Below the pieces are notes generated by a model. The model ran no database searches. It was not told where the DNA came from and saw only the letters and a program-made list of their open reading frames with translations. Positions 39,721 through 51,500 of a stretch of 64,000 bases of DNA are shown here, piece by piece; within the stretch, counting starts at the first letter, position 1; every line of letters begins with the position of its first letter. The stretch covers positions 51,834,001 to 51,898,000 of the forward strand of contig NC_045696.1 in the NCBI RefSeq assembly GCF_009834535.1, written 5' to 3'. The stretch comes from Camelus ferus (Eukaryota). The position numbers and the translations under genes were made by a program.

Positions 39721-41837
39721 GGTCGAATGGGATGCCTGCCCAGCTCTTGGTTTTAAAGGAAAAACATACAGAAAGACACAAAAACACAGCAGTTTCCTTC
39801 ATTAAATTCCACTCTACCTGCCATGGGCTTCTAGCCACAATGGAATTTCCCACCCTGGCCTAGGCTAGCCTAACTTTTATTTTTAGGGATTTTTTTCCCC
39901 TTAAATCTTATGAGCTTTCTTTCAAGTGAACTTTGAGGTAAGGATTATTAAATGATAGAGTAATTGCCTGGTTTAAAAAGAATCAGACATGAGAAACAAA
40001 TGCCCGGTGACCTTCCACAGTATTGTTGGATAACCAACCCCTAAATAACAGCCTTTCAAACACTGTTCATAATCAGCACAACAGGACAGGTAATGTGACT
40101 CAAAATCAAAACCTGAATCAGGAACTGAAGAGGGGAATGGCACCTTTTCAGTAATACCCTCTACTTCCCGTTACATCAGCTAGAGAGAATTTTAGGGGAG
40201 AAAATGTAACTGGAAAACTATAAACAACCAAGGAAGTATAGAGAGAGAGAAGAGAGAAGAGGAAAGAGAGAGGGAGAAGGAGGCAGGCTTTTGGATCATT
40301 CTCTCCCGAAAACCATTTACGCTTTTGCCCATAGCCGGGGGCAACTGATTTAATCAGGGTTGTTCATGTGGATTATCCAAACTATGAAAAGCAACAGGGA
40401 GAACTTCCCAAGAAATCCAGACTTGGTCTGTTGCAAAATACTTGCTTTGCAGCCTGGAGCTAAGCAGTCTGTTCACATTGTACTCAGGGTCTTAAGGAAA
40501 GTGGGTCTATAATTCTTTGTCCCTTTGATCTACCTCACCATTTGGTGTCTCTTGGCATTATGAAAGCTCTTGAAAATGACCCTGCCTAGTTAACTGATTT
40601 ATAGTCTGGAGACAAGAAAAAGCAAAGCAAAGAAAAAAAGTCTGGTAATGAGGGAGAAACAATGTACCTTTTTGCTATCTTTTTTCAGCATAAGTAAAGA
40701 TTAAAAGACGTGACTTGGGGAGATGTGAACCCTACTCTCCCCACATTGACAATTGCCTTGTCAAAGCCAAATTGAGGCCTTATCTCAACCAATTCTCTTT
40801 AAAACATATCAAGTTGGCCCTCCCATTCATTATTTTCAAGTGGATTTCACATCATCTTCCTTCAAATGACCAAGTTTACTTTTCAGGCATGTCGTTTGCT
40901 TTGTTGTTCTTCACCCATTTCAGCTTCTTATCCTCAAACCCCTGATTCCCTGTTAAAATTGATTGTTAATGCAGCCATTCCATTAGCCTCACAGCACATT
41001 TATAAACCAAAGACTGGTTCACTCTACCTGGCTTCCAAAACCATTTGCTGCTTGAGACCATTTCATGAGTTGGTCTACTCATGTGAATAAACAAAAATTT
41101 GTCTATAATGTGAATTTGGAAAAGGAAAGAGCAGCTGCATGGAACAAAGTCTACAGAGGCCAAAATTACTGCCACAGGTTTCATGGCTGCTCCCCCCGCA
41201 CGTGCTATTCTATGTCAACTTCATCTTGGATATTAGGATTTTGCTTCTTAAATGGGTTCCATTTTCCTCCAGTAAAATCAAGTGGTTTACCCTGACATTT
41301 AACAGTGATTTGGTGATTTTAGAGTTTCTTCTGACTCTAAAGTAAATGTTCATGAGACTCATGAACTTGTATCTGGACAGTTAATCTGAGCATTTTAGCA
41401 GTTCCCTGAGGCTACATATGGTCTTTCACAGACCTTGGAAACCCTGAGATTTTGAACCACTGTCTAGTTTGTGGTTGTGCTGCCAAGGAGTAAAGCAAAA
41501 TCATTACTTATGGTGACTTCCCTCAAGTGCTAGTGAACTGAAGTACGAGGAAATCTTTACTATACTTTAGACAGAACATTAGGATTAATGCTAAAAACCA
41601 AGGAACTAAGAACCTGTAAATATACCAACTCAAGAAGGAGAAGATGACAAAACAACACTGGAGTTTGGAAACGAAAGCGTCAATATGTCACTATGCACCA
41701 ATCATTACAACAAAACTAACTGAAGGACAGCCTTGATCAACACCAATGGAAATGTTTTCGCATGTGTGCAATTCTTGAAGCATGACTTGAATCTGGATCT
41801 ATAGGAAACAGTTCTTGTATGTTTATTACTTACCCTG

Positions 41838-41881
41838 TACACACATACACATAAACACACACATACACACACACATATACA
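41838..41881. repeat. Imperfect (CA)n microsatellite
   Basis: Interrupted CA run read directly. Confidence 0.85.
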
Positions 41882-42433
41882 GTATGTGTGTAGCCTATGG
41901 CTACTGTGTTAAATTTGCATCTGTGAGCCTCTAAGCAGATGTTTTATGTATAGACCATGGAAAAATGAAAGTGTGAAAACTGGCTTAGCCATGGTTTTTG
42001 TGTACTACCACAAGGAAAGAAAACAGTCCTAGAGCACATTAAAGGTAAATGGACACTGATGAACCCAGAGAAAAAGTTAGGATTCCTTAGGAATTGATCA
42101 TAAGACTAAGCTTGCTTAAAACCTTTATAAATAACTTGCTCACCCTAGCATCTCGCGCTCTGCCTGGCATATAGTGGAAGCTCTATTAATTTTTGGTAAA
42201 TTAACCAATAGATAATCTGAAACAAAGAGTGCACAATCAATTATCCAAGTATAGGGATGGAATTAAACTTTCCTGAGCAGGGAAAGCTGAGCTGATGGGA
42301 CATAGTATTTGTCCAGGTATGCAGAAAGGTGATAGTGTGAACATGGACAACCAAAATATTCAAACGTATGAAAAGGATAGTGCTTTAAATCTTAACCTGG
42401 AAAGGGACTTGAGAGTTACTGGGCTCTTTCAGG

Positions 42434-42483
42434 CAAAAACAAAAACAAAAACAAAAACAAAAACAAAAACAAAACAAAAAAAC
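42434..42483. repeat. (CAAAAA)n simple repeat
   Basis: About 7-8 units read directly. It explains the TKTKTK stretch in ORF 42295-42582. Confidence 0.95.
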
Positions 42484-43564
42484 TTCAAAAACTTGCCCAT
42501 TACTAAGGGCAGTATTAAAAATAAAAGTTATATTTCTCTTACATTAAATTCTCTGCACTTAGGTAAAACCTTCTGCATTTAGAGTACAATGTTTCTATGA
42601 CATAACATCCTGGAGTCTCTTACACAGGGCAATCAGTAAGGAATTCAAACTAGATTAATATAATGTAAGCTAGTAGAGAACAAGCTATTTTGTGATTTCA
42701 TAACAATTCATTGACCATGAGAAAAATGCAAACAAACATGGTTGTTAATAAATGTTATTTAGCAGACGTCATATTGACATTTCTTAGTAACTGGCTATGA
42801 AGGCAGTTTCCTAATAAGTCTAATTTTCCCCACTCTCTGAGCTTATGGACTAGGGATCTTGTAGTTTTGGGTGTTTACATTCATTTATCCACTCAACAAA
42901 CTTTTACTGAGTGCTTCCTCCAGCTGTACCAGTCTGGTAAGTCAGACTGGATCCTTTCGATACTGTTACTATCCTAAATGAATCCCATGCTTCCTTTGTC
43001 CCTTGCATTTTCTAGTTTTTATTGGGGGTTATCTATCATGATTGTATATTCAGATCCTTGATCCTAGCTCCTTTCCCACCTATTTTTCTTGATTTATTTC
43101 CCTTCACCCTATGTCTGTCTTCCTATGAAGAGACAAGAGGCTGTAAAGTTCTTAGCAGTAGTACTATGTCATAGTACTATGCAGAGCAGAACTCCATTAG
43201 CCGCAAACACACTGCCTTGTTGAAGAGTTATACTGTGCTTTCCACAATTTAGAAATGACTTGACTTCCTTTGGCTCAGTAGAAATATTACAAGTTAACAG
43301 TGGCTCTCCTGTTATAAACCACAGGTATCTGCTCACCAACATCAGTTGCTAAATCGTATCATAATAGAATTCTAAAGTACCTGTTAAACTTTCTTTCTGT
43401 AAGTCGCCTATTTCCTCTGAATACAGTTAATTCACCTGGTAACAAAGATGAATTAGCCACTTCTTTTGGTTGCAAACAGAAAGAAGTATGGTTTTTCTTT
43501 GCTTATAAGAACTTCTGGCAAGTGGTGATAGATTTCAAAACCCTTTTCTTTTTTGCAACCATAG

Positions 43565-43641
43565 TTCAATTATCAGGAACTCCAGGTTCAGAATCGGAGA
43601 ACACCGACTCCGTTCTGCGATTTTACAATTGCTAGAGATTG
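43565..43641 (+). other. Candidate internal exon (77 nt) of an unidentified plus-strand transcript
   Basis: Acceptor cccttttcttttttgcaaccatag| and donor TTG|GTAAAT. Four CpGs are retained in ~30 bp against a CpG-poor background. Confidence 0.4.
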
Positions 43642-44867
43642 GTAAATTGCTGAAGACTTCTTACATGGAAGATGAAACACTGTTCTCTTCATTTGCAAGA
43701 GATAAACAGGCACATTAAAAGGGGTTTTAGAGTATCTGGAATACATGATAAACTCGTGGCTTCCTTTTTAAAGATTATTCATGAGGTTCTCTTTAGAAAT
43801 AGGACCAATTATCTCATTTATACAGGTGGGAATCCCATCTGTAACAATGCTTTGTAAAGAGATGCTACAAATACCTTTTCCAGTGAGATGCAAATACTAA
43901 AATCATGTAAGTTAGGTTAGATAATTTTAAAAGTAGAAAACAATAAATGCTACTGTGATAGTCTAGATTACATATGAAATGTGTAAAAAAATAAAACGAA
44001 AAGTTCTCTACTTTTTGAAAACTGCATCAGAATTTCTCTTCCATACTGTAATCATGCCTCTTAAAATGTATATCAAAGTTAACTTTGCCAGATTCATGAA
44101 CAACGATCTTGATAAGCATGGCACAACTGTAAGCCGAATAATTTTTAAAAGAATGAGTCTACATATATAATTTCATCATTACTAGAAACATGGACATCAT
44201 TAGACTTGAAGATAACCAGTGGATTAAAACAATTTATTCTGGAACCACTAAAAGCTGATCTGATTGCAGGCTGCAGTGATTAAACACCTGCTCCAATTGC
44301 CCACCCCCCTGTTCCTCTTCCACCAGGTCTATGGCAGCCTCACTTCCAGCCAACAAGTTAGAAAACTGGGTGAAGCATCATTTTGGCATTATTTTTTTAA
44401 ATATAAATTATCAAAAGAGGTGACAAATGTTTTTGTGGTTACTAAGCATTTAGTGGGTATCAAGGTATAAGTTCATAACTAAGGGCATTTACTTGTTGGC
44501 AAATATTGATGCTTAGAAAATTGTAAGTGTCAAGATGTTCTTTCAGCCACAATATTCCAAATCTAGGAATTTTTTAATGGGTTTAGTATATGAAAAAGGA
44601 TGCTTAGAAATGCACGCTTAAATGACAGCAGATTTCTTTATTATCTAAGTCCTTGTATACGTGCTGAGTCTTTTTAAAATAGTGTAGTACAACTATAACA
44701 TAGCTGATCTTGAGTATGTAACTCTTTTCTTTCCTACCATCTCCCTGCCTTAAATCTGAAGGATTATTTTCTTCATTTATTGTTTTGGATAAATATCTTA
44801 TTCATAGATGCTTAAAATCCAGTCCATCAGTTTCCTTTTAAATTCTAACCTATTTTAAAGAACTCTA

Positions 44868-45040
44868 GATCATGAACTCTGGAGCACTGATTTATTTGGA
44901 ACCTGTCTTCATCTCTTACAGGCTATGTGACTTTGACCAAGCTACTAAACCTCTCACTAGTCCAGTTTCCTTAACTGTGAGAATGGCATAATAGCCACAC
45001 CTACTTCCTGGGGTTATTATGAGGATTAAAGAGTTTCATA
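44868..45040 (+). mobile_element. MIR SINE
   Basis: gctatgtgactttgaccaagctactaaacctctc...cagtttccttaactgtgagaatgg...ggttattatgaggattaaa. Confidence 0.85.
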
Positions 45041-45690
45041 CAGTCAATGTTAACTTGCTTTTCTGAGTCTTTGGAAGTAGTTGAAATCAGGCTAGTGCAA
45101 TTAAGCAAAGCTTCGGTGCCTTTGTTTGGCAAGTGATCTCCAAATTTCTCTTCCAGGTCTTGGACCCTCTCAAGTCAGTGGACCCTGTTTGTGTAGTTGT
45201 CATCTTTCTGCCTAAAACCAAAATGGATTTACCTGTTGGTTTTAGTTTTCACTAGATCTCTCTTCAGCTGTGTGCTACGAAGGGTAAAAATATCAACTAT
45301 TAAACTATTTGAAGCTGGTAAATGTTGAAAGGGGAGTTTAGTTAAGTCAATAGCAGTATGCCAGCTTGATTCACCTTTCAGGAAGATCATTGTAATAAGC
45401 TGACCAATAAATAAATAAAAAGTATAAAATATACATCTATGCAGAAACTTAGAACCTCTTCTCTAACACCTTAAATCTTTAAAGGAAACTTGAAGTCCTG
45501 CCTATTAAGTCAAAATTTAAAATAGAATCCATCACAGTTTATGGAAGAAATTCACAGGTGAGAATTACTGAGCTTTTTTGGATGACTTTTTTTTTTTTTT
45601 TTGTACTCCGTTAAAAACAGCCGCAAAAACAAATGAATAAAAACAATAAAAAGCAGTGGTTCTAGTTTTATGTAATATTTACTATTAATC

Positions 45691-45923
45691 TAGTGGTTCT
45701 TAACAGGAGGTAATTTTGTACCCCCCCACCCCACACCTAGTGGACAATTGACAACTTTTTAAGATAATTTTGATTATTCCAACTGAGGGGTGCTATTGGC
45801 ATCTGGTGGGTAGAGGCCAGGAATCCTGCTAAACACCCTACAGTGCACAGGACAGCACCAATCTGCCCCAACAAAGAATCCTCTGGTCCAAAATGTCCAT
45901 AATGCTGCTGTTGAGAAACCCTG
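45691..45923 (+). mobile_element. MER20 hAT-Charlie MITE, full length, with 8-bp TSD
   Basis: Ends tagtggttcttaac and gttgagaaaccctg form TIRs. The internal ggtgctattggcatctggtgggtagaggccaggaatcctgctaaacaccctacagtgcacaggacagc matches MER20. Flanks are tattaatc and tattgatc. Confidence 0.93.
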
Positions 45924-47122
45924 TATTGATCTGATGGCCCAGAAACACTGGCCTTGAACCAAAAGCCGCATCAACATTTAAGATACTGTCTACGGAATCG
46001 TCTAACAGCTGAAGGATATGCCTAGAAGGAACATCACTTTGAATATATAACCTGACAAATCTGGATACAGTGCTAGGGAAACAACTGGTAAAGTAAATTG
46101 TTGTTTGGTAGCTAATTATGCCAAATACTATAAAAAGGTAATTTTACATTACTAACTCAACCAGACTAATATTCTTCTTTAATCCTAGGGTGACTAAAAA
46201 TACGAAGTTATGGACTATGCAACATTATCCTGACACAGATATTTTGAAATGGTTTATAAAAAGCAGTAAACACATTAAAAAAGAGATAGCCCCAATGAGT
46301 TATGAAGGATTAGAAGTCATTTTTCTAGGTCAGAGTTTTTCCTACAGATCATATGTTCCACATGTATCACAAGTGTTCATGCAGACGGCACAGCACTAGA
46401 CTTCTAACATTGCTTCTCTCTGAAGACAAATTGGGCTAACGCTAGGAGTTTAAGAACCGTTTCTGTTCAAGAGTCATCTTCAGCTAAGGGAGCACAACAT
46501 GAGCTCTAAGGTAGGTATGAAATTTATTTTTTAAATAAGCCACAACTATTCTGCAAACATTTAACTCAGAACCACAGAGCTGTTAAAGAATGCTGATTCC
46601 ATATGAAAGGAAGAACCAATGTAAGTGAAATTTGAAAATGAAGAAAATAAAATATGTGAAAGTTACTTTTAACATGGGTAAAATTCAAATACATGACATT
46701 TTATTTTAAGGGTTTCACTATCAAAGGCAACACATATCTTTCCAATGAAAGAAGATGACTGAAATTGACAGCCAAGTGAACCTCAGGACACTGCCAGTGT
46801 GTGGTGTTGCACAAATTTACTCACCTCTGGAAGGATCTTGCTTTTGAATTTTATTTTAGTTGTGTGGTACCAGGAGTTAAAATGTATTGAGGGCTCAGAA
46901 AAATTGGCTTTTATTTACTCCCACTTGGAACGCTGAGAGGTTGCTTCGTAGGCAGGTACTTCTTACTGATGAGGAAACCCAAGGTAAAATAACTGGCTTA
47001 GCCAATAAGAGAATGGAAGCTCACTGATTTCTGATCTGTCAGTATCTTTTACTCTCCTTTTTTCTCATTCTAACTTCTAGATTCAGCTCCAAAACATTTG
47101 CTTTTTCTCCCTTAAAGGGAAA

Positions 47123-47228
47123 TTCTAGGGTCAGAGTGGAGGGGAGGGGAGAGATGGTTTTAGTTCCAAGTTATAGTTCTAGGGTCAGAGCAGAGGGGAG
47201 AGATGGTTTTATTCTAGAGAGATGGTTT
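47123..47228. repeat. Short direct repeat (2 copies plus a partial)
   Basis: ttctagggtcagag...ggggagagatggtttt at 47123 and 47177, with a partial gagagatggttt at ~47217. Confidence 0.85.
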
Positions 47229-48038
47229 CAGGTTTTCACAGTAGTTCAAATTCAAAACTGTTAAGTACCTACTACCAACAGACCACCACTAAACACTGTT
47301 TCTAGAACAAGGCAAAGGGAGAGATTTTAAATATGGGTAGGGGGGGACAACAACTGGAAGGAAACAACAAAGCTCTAGCTCTGTGAAAAATTCAGAAAAA
47401 AAAAATCTTATTTCTGCTCTCAAGATGCTTATAATCTTATTCTAGAGGGAAAAAAATGAATCTACTTAAAATAATGAAGAACCAAAAGAAACAGTAAAAT
47501 TAAGTGTGACAGTGGATGGTAGAAGTAAAATGCTGTGGGGAAGCCATGTCTCTTAAGTCTTTTTCAACTCAGAAAAAAGAAACAGTGGGCCAACTGCAAG
47601 CGACTCTAGTTTTTGATATTAGTTTGATAATACAGCTATAATCCCATTACAGAGAACTTCAAGGAACTGTTGACTCCTTCTCCTTCCCCTTCCCCTTCCT
47701 CTTCTTCTTCTTCTTTTTTCCTTTTTTTTTGCTGACCTGTAGTTTATTGTTTCAATATTGCTTAAAATACCAGGCTTCATGCAGAGATGTCTGCTCTAAT
47801 GTTATTTGTTGACCTGCGTTAAGTTATGGTCAGCCTGACTAAGCAGAGATGCACACTACAAAGAACCAGTTAGTCAGACTGTTGGTAGTTAGGCTTGCTT
47901 TATTTTTACAATGGGTTATTAGTTTTAACCTAAAGACTAGACATTTAAAGTAGAGCCTTAGCCTCAGATAATCTTGTTATTATATGAAACAGTAATATTT
48001 ATTACGGGTGCCTCTGTAAAGTTCCAAATGAGCATATG

Positions 48039-48208
48039 CCAAGGTGGATTTTCTGAGAATTTAATGGAACTTAAACTTGAGGGCCCATCACTCGCACAGC
48101 CCCTTCCAAGACCCTGCACTTAATTTGTAATCATAATTCTGTATTCTTTTCCTTAAGGAGGGTCCTCTAAATAGTTTAAGCTCCCAGTAATTTCTTGATC
48201 CACCTTTG
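48039..48208 (+). mobile_element. hAT-Tip100 MITE (Arthur1A/MER69A-like)
   Basis: TIRs ccaaggtggat / atccacctttg. Internal gagggcccatcactcgcacagccccttccaagaccctg resembles the Arthur1 consensus as I recall it. Confidence 0.75.
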
Positions 48209-49036
48209 GTATAAAATAATCTTAAAGGGATCAAACCTGACAACCCTGAAAGGCAAAATCAGAGAAAGATACAAAATGTGCTTTTAGAAACATATATAAA
48301 TTACATTTCCAAATGTATCCCTCTTGTTGCTGCTTTCCACCCCCAGCAAAGAATAGACTAGATGCCACCTTATCCCACAGTTAACAAGGTTTCTAGACTC
48401 TTTTAAATAAAATGCCTGTTCAGTGACTGTGAATAATCACAGTGGTTTTTATTTGTTGTTGTTGTTGTTGTTTTTAAGATGAAAAATTCAGAGATAATTT
48501 CTAAGAATAAAAACGTATGTTAGAGGGACATAAAACTTTTTAGGTAAACAGTAATAAGTATTATTCATAGCTAAGGGGTACATGCATTTGAGAAAAGGAA
48601 GGATATGAAAATCTCTCAATACAATTTACAGTAGCACCTACTGAAAAATGTGGTGAGTTTACGCAGAGTGTGGGAATTTTTACCACGGGTAACACCACGT
48701 GTCTGTTTGTCTGGTTTCTGAAAACCCCAAATAAATGCCACAAGCACCTCAAACCCCACCATGGAATTCTGACACTTCTGAGTAAGAAGTTCAGAAGAAA
48801 ATAAAAACTCTGGATGCACTCTGTCTGTCTACAGTTTTTTCTATAATGCTTTGGCCTGCTTTTTAAGGAAAATGGAATAAAAATTAATTTTTAAAAATGA
48901 ATGAAATTACTCCAAATGGAATACTAAATTGAAAAATAATAGTTAAATTGTTCATAGCCATTTCCTGTTGTATTTTTTCTTTCTCTCTGAAATGGAGTAA
49001 GAATGCTTCAAATAAAAAATGTAAAACCCATCCCAT

Positions 49037-49068
49037 CCTATAAAGGGCCCACTCACGTAAACAGGAAG
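49037..49068 (+). promoter_or_regulatory. CArG box adjacent to a FOX:ETS composite motif
   Basis: CCTATAAAGG (49037-49046) matches CC(A/T)6GG. GTAAACAGGAAG (49057-49068) is an overlapping forkhead and ETS core. Confidence 0.45.
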
Positions 49069-49461
49069 CTTATTAAAAGAGTTTTTCTTGGTTTCCTGGC
49101 AAAGCCCACTTTTTATTTTGGTGGCAGCACCTATTAAGTAGAGGACTCTTTTTTGTGGGCAGGGTGAAAAACTAAAAATTACTCTCCATCAGGCACCCAC
49201 TAGATTAGAGTTGGCTGACTGACTCATTCTCTAGAGGGAATAAGGTAGCTCTGAGATCAAGGAACAGGCTTCGGAATTGCCCTGCCCCACAGACAGTGGT
49301 CTTCTCTGTCCAGGCATCACGAATGAACCTGAAGTTCCAAATGAGCCAGTGGACCCCAGTCCATAATAGTGCAAAATGTTTCACATGCACATTGAACAAC
49401 TCTTCTTTCCTTCACATTTAGATACTGTTTTATTTGTTTCTTTCTCTGCTTTCCCTTTCTG

Positions 49462-49600
49462 GAAGCACTGTAGCAAAGTGGAAAGAGTCTGGGTTTTGGA
49501 ATTTGGAAACTCAGTTTCTGGTCCATGCTCTGTCAAATACTTTGACATGTTGCCTTCCTGAGCCACCGGTTTTCTGATCTGCACAATGGGGACTAACACT
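49462..49600 (+). mobile_element. MIR SINE
   Basis: gcactgtagcaaagtggaaagagtctgggttttggaat...ctgagccaccggttttctgatctgcacaatgggga. Confidence 0.75.
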
Positions 49601-49616
49601 TCTTCCTTAATCAGCT

Positions 49617-49784
49617 CAAGTTTCTCAAAGCATGGGTAAACATCATCTGCCCTGAAATCACCTAAGGTGAAAATACAAATTTCGAGGACCCTTTCAGATT
49701 CTCTGAGCCAGAAAACCTTAGAATCTGCATTTGAAGGCTCCTTCCCAAATGACTTTTGTATACGCTAAAGTTTTAGGACCACAT
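49617..49784 (+). mobile_element. MER5-type hAT-Charlie MITE
   Basis: tttctcaaag...aatcacct...aaatacaaatttc...gaatctgcatt...tacgctaaagttttaggaccac. Confidence 0.8.
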
Positions 49785-50059
49785 CCTAACTTATCTGAAT
49801 CAGGATTAAATTGAATTACGTAGCTGAAATTTATCTGTTAATTGCAAATCAAGATGTGCATGCTTAGCTGCTCTTATTAGTGATATTTTCCAGGGTAGCT
49901 CAAAGCACTAAAGCAAGGACACAGAACCATTTTCCCAAAGATCTTGGCTTCGAGCCGTTCCTGCCATGCCAACAGCATTCTGTTTTATCTTTAGTGAGAC
50001 AGGTAGATTCACTGGGGGCTGGGAGGAGTAGAGCTGAGAGCTGTGGCACAGGCAGGACT

Positions 50060-50205
50060 TCTGTAGAATTTCATTTATGTGACTGTACCTACCCCACGGG
50101 GTGATACAAGGATTAATTCCTATTTGGTAATTTACTGTGTGTAAAATGCCTTGAGCCCCTTGGAGGAAAGTGCTATATAAATGTAAAATAATAATTATAA
50201 TAATA
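50060..50205 (+). mobile_element. Ancient MIR-family SINE 3' part with an amniote-type tail
   Basis: ctgtacctaccccacggggtgatacaaggatta followed by gtaaaatgccttgagccccttggaggaaagtgctatataaatgtaaaataataatt. Confidence 0.55.
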
Positions 50206-51412
50206 ATAACCTCAACTATTTAACTGATCAGTGAATTAGCCAGAAGATTTAGGCTGCCAAGGGACAAGGCTGAAACCATTATAAGTAAAAACATTTTACA
50301 TCATCATATCTCATAACTGTTATCACAAAAAGGGGAAACAAAGGGTGAAAATTAAGATAAATCCATGTTCTCCACTGATTTAAATGACAGAGGATCACTA
50401 GTAATGGTTCATGAAAGCCAGGAAATGCAAAGATGACAGCTGCATTGTAATTCTAACCCAGGCACACATCCTGAGGTTTTGTACATTTTGGTCTTTTCTT
50501 TGTATAAAAAATATCTCATCAGTGCAACATCTAAAATTCAGCATTATTAAAGCACTTGACTGTGCTTTCACTAAGTTGGAATAGGTTCATAATTCACCCC
50601 TATTGGTGGGTAATGGTTTTCCTATCTGAAAAGTTTTGCTGTTATTCTATGAAGTTCCAGGTAATATTTGAATCAGTTGTTTACAATCAGCTTGAATCCT
50701 GTGTGTTTTCCTAAGAAAACTAGGGTATTTTGGAAACTAAAATATATAGGAGATAACTTTTCTTCCCAGGAAGAAAATATTTTGGTGCATAAACTCACAT
50801 GAGTTCAACTGCCCTCAGTTCTTACATTTTTTGTTTTATTTATTAGATTCATGTAGAACCTTCCATTAAAAGCTCAAGGGGCTGAACCCAGAACTTTCAT
50901 ATACTGAACATGAATCACTTCTTAAACCACAAAAAGCAAAAGAAAAGGCTATAGAACTCTTAATGGGCAAGCTTCAGATTCTCAAAAGCAATTGTTTAGT
51001 TACTCCACTTAGTTATGCTCCGTTCAAAACACTTTCTAAATCAGGGAGAAGGGTTCATTTGTGAAGAATGGGCTTGAGAACCTTGGACAAGTTTTAATCC
51101 TAGTCGTTTTACAGCTTACACACACTGTAGTTTTGATGTGTCTGTAAAGAGGTGCTGTGCTTCCATGCAGTAAAATTTGCAGTTATTTTGAAAGGTAAAG
51201 AAAGTAAGCAAGGAGAGGAATGAGCATGTGGCACCTTGTTCTATTTTAAATTATTAACTCCTAGCCTCAGAGATTTATATTTTTAAAAAAATCCAATACT
51301 GAGCATGTAAAAACAGGTATAGACTAAGATGAATGAATACCAGAAAAAAAGTTAATCAGTGTAACTCAAATTATCTTACAAATACTAAAATTAAACTTTA
51401 CTTTGTTTATAA

Positions 51413-51500
51413 GGAAAAAGAAAAAGAAAAAGAAAGAAAGAAAGAAAGAAAGAAAAAGAAAAAGAAAGAAAGAAAGAAAGACACAAAAATAAAAAAAAAG
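51413..51500. repeat. (GAAA/GAAAAA)n purine-rich simple repeat
   Basis: Read directly. It explains the K/E-rich ORF 51333-51536. Confidence 0.95.
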
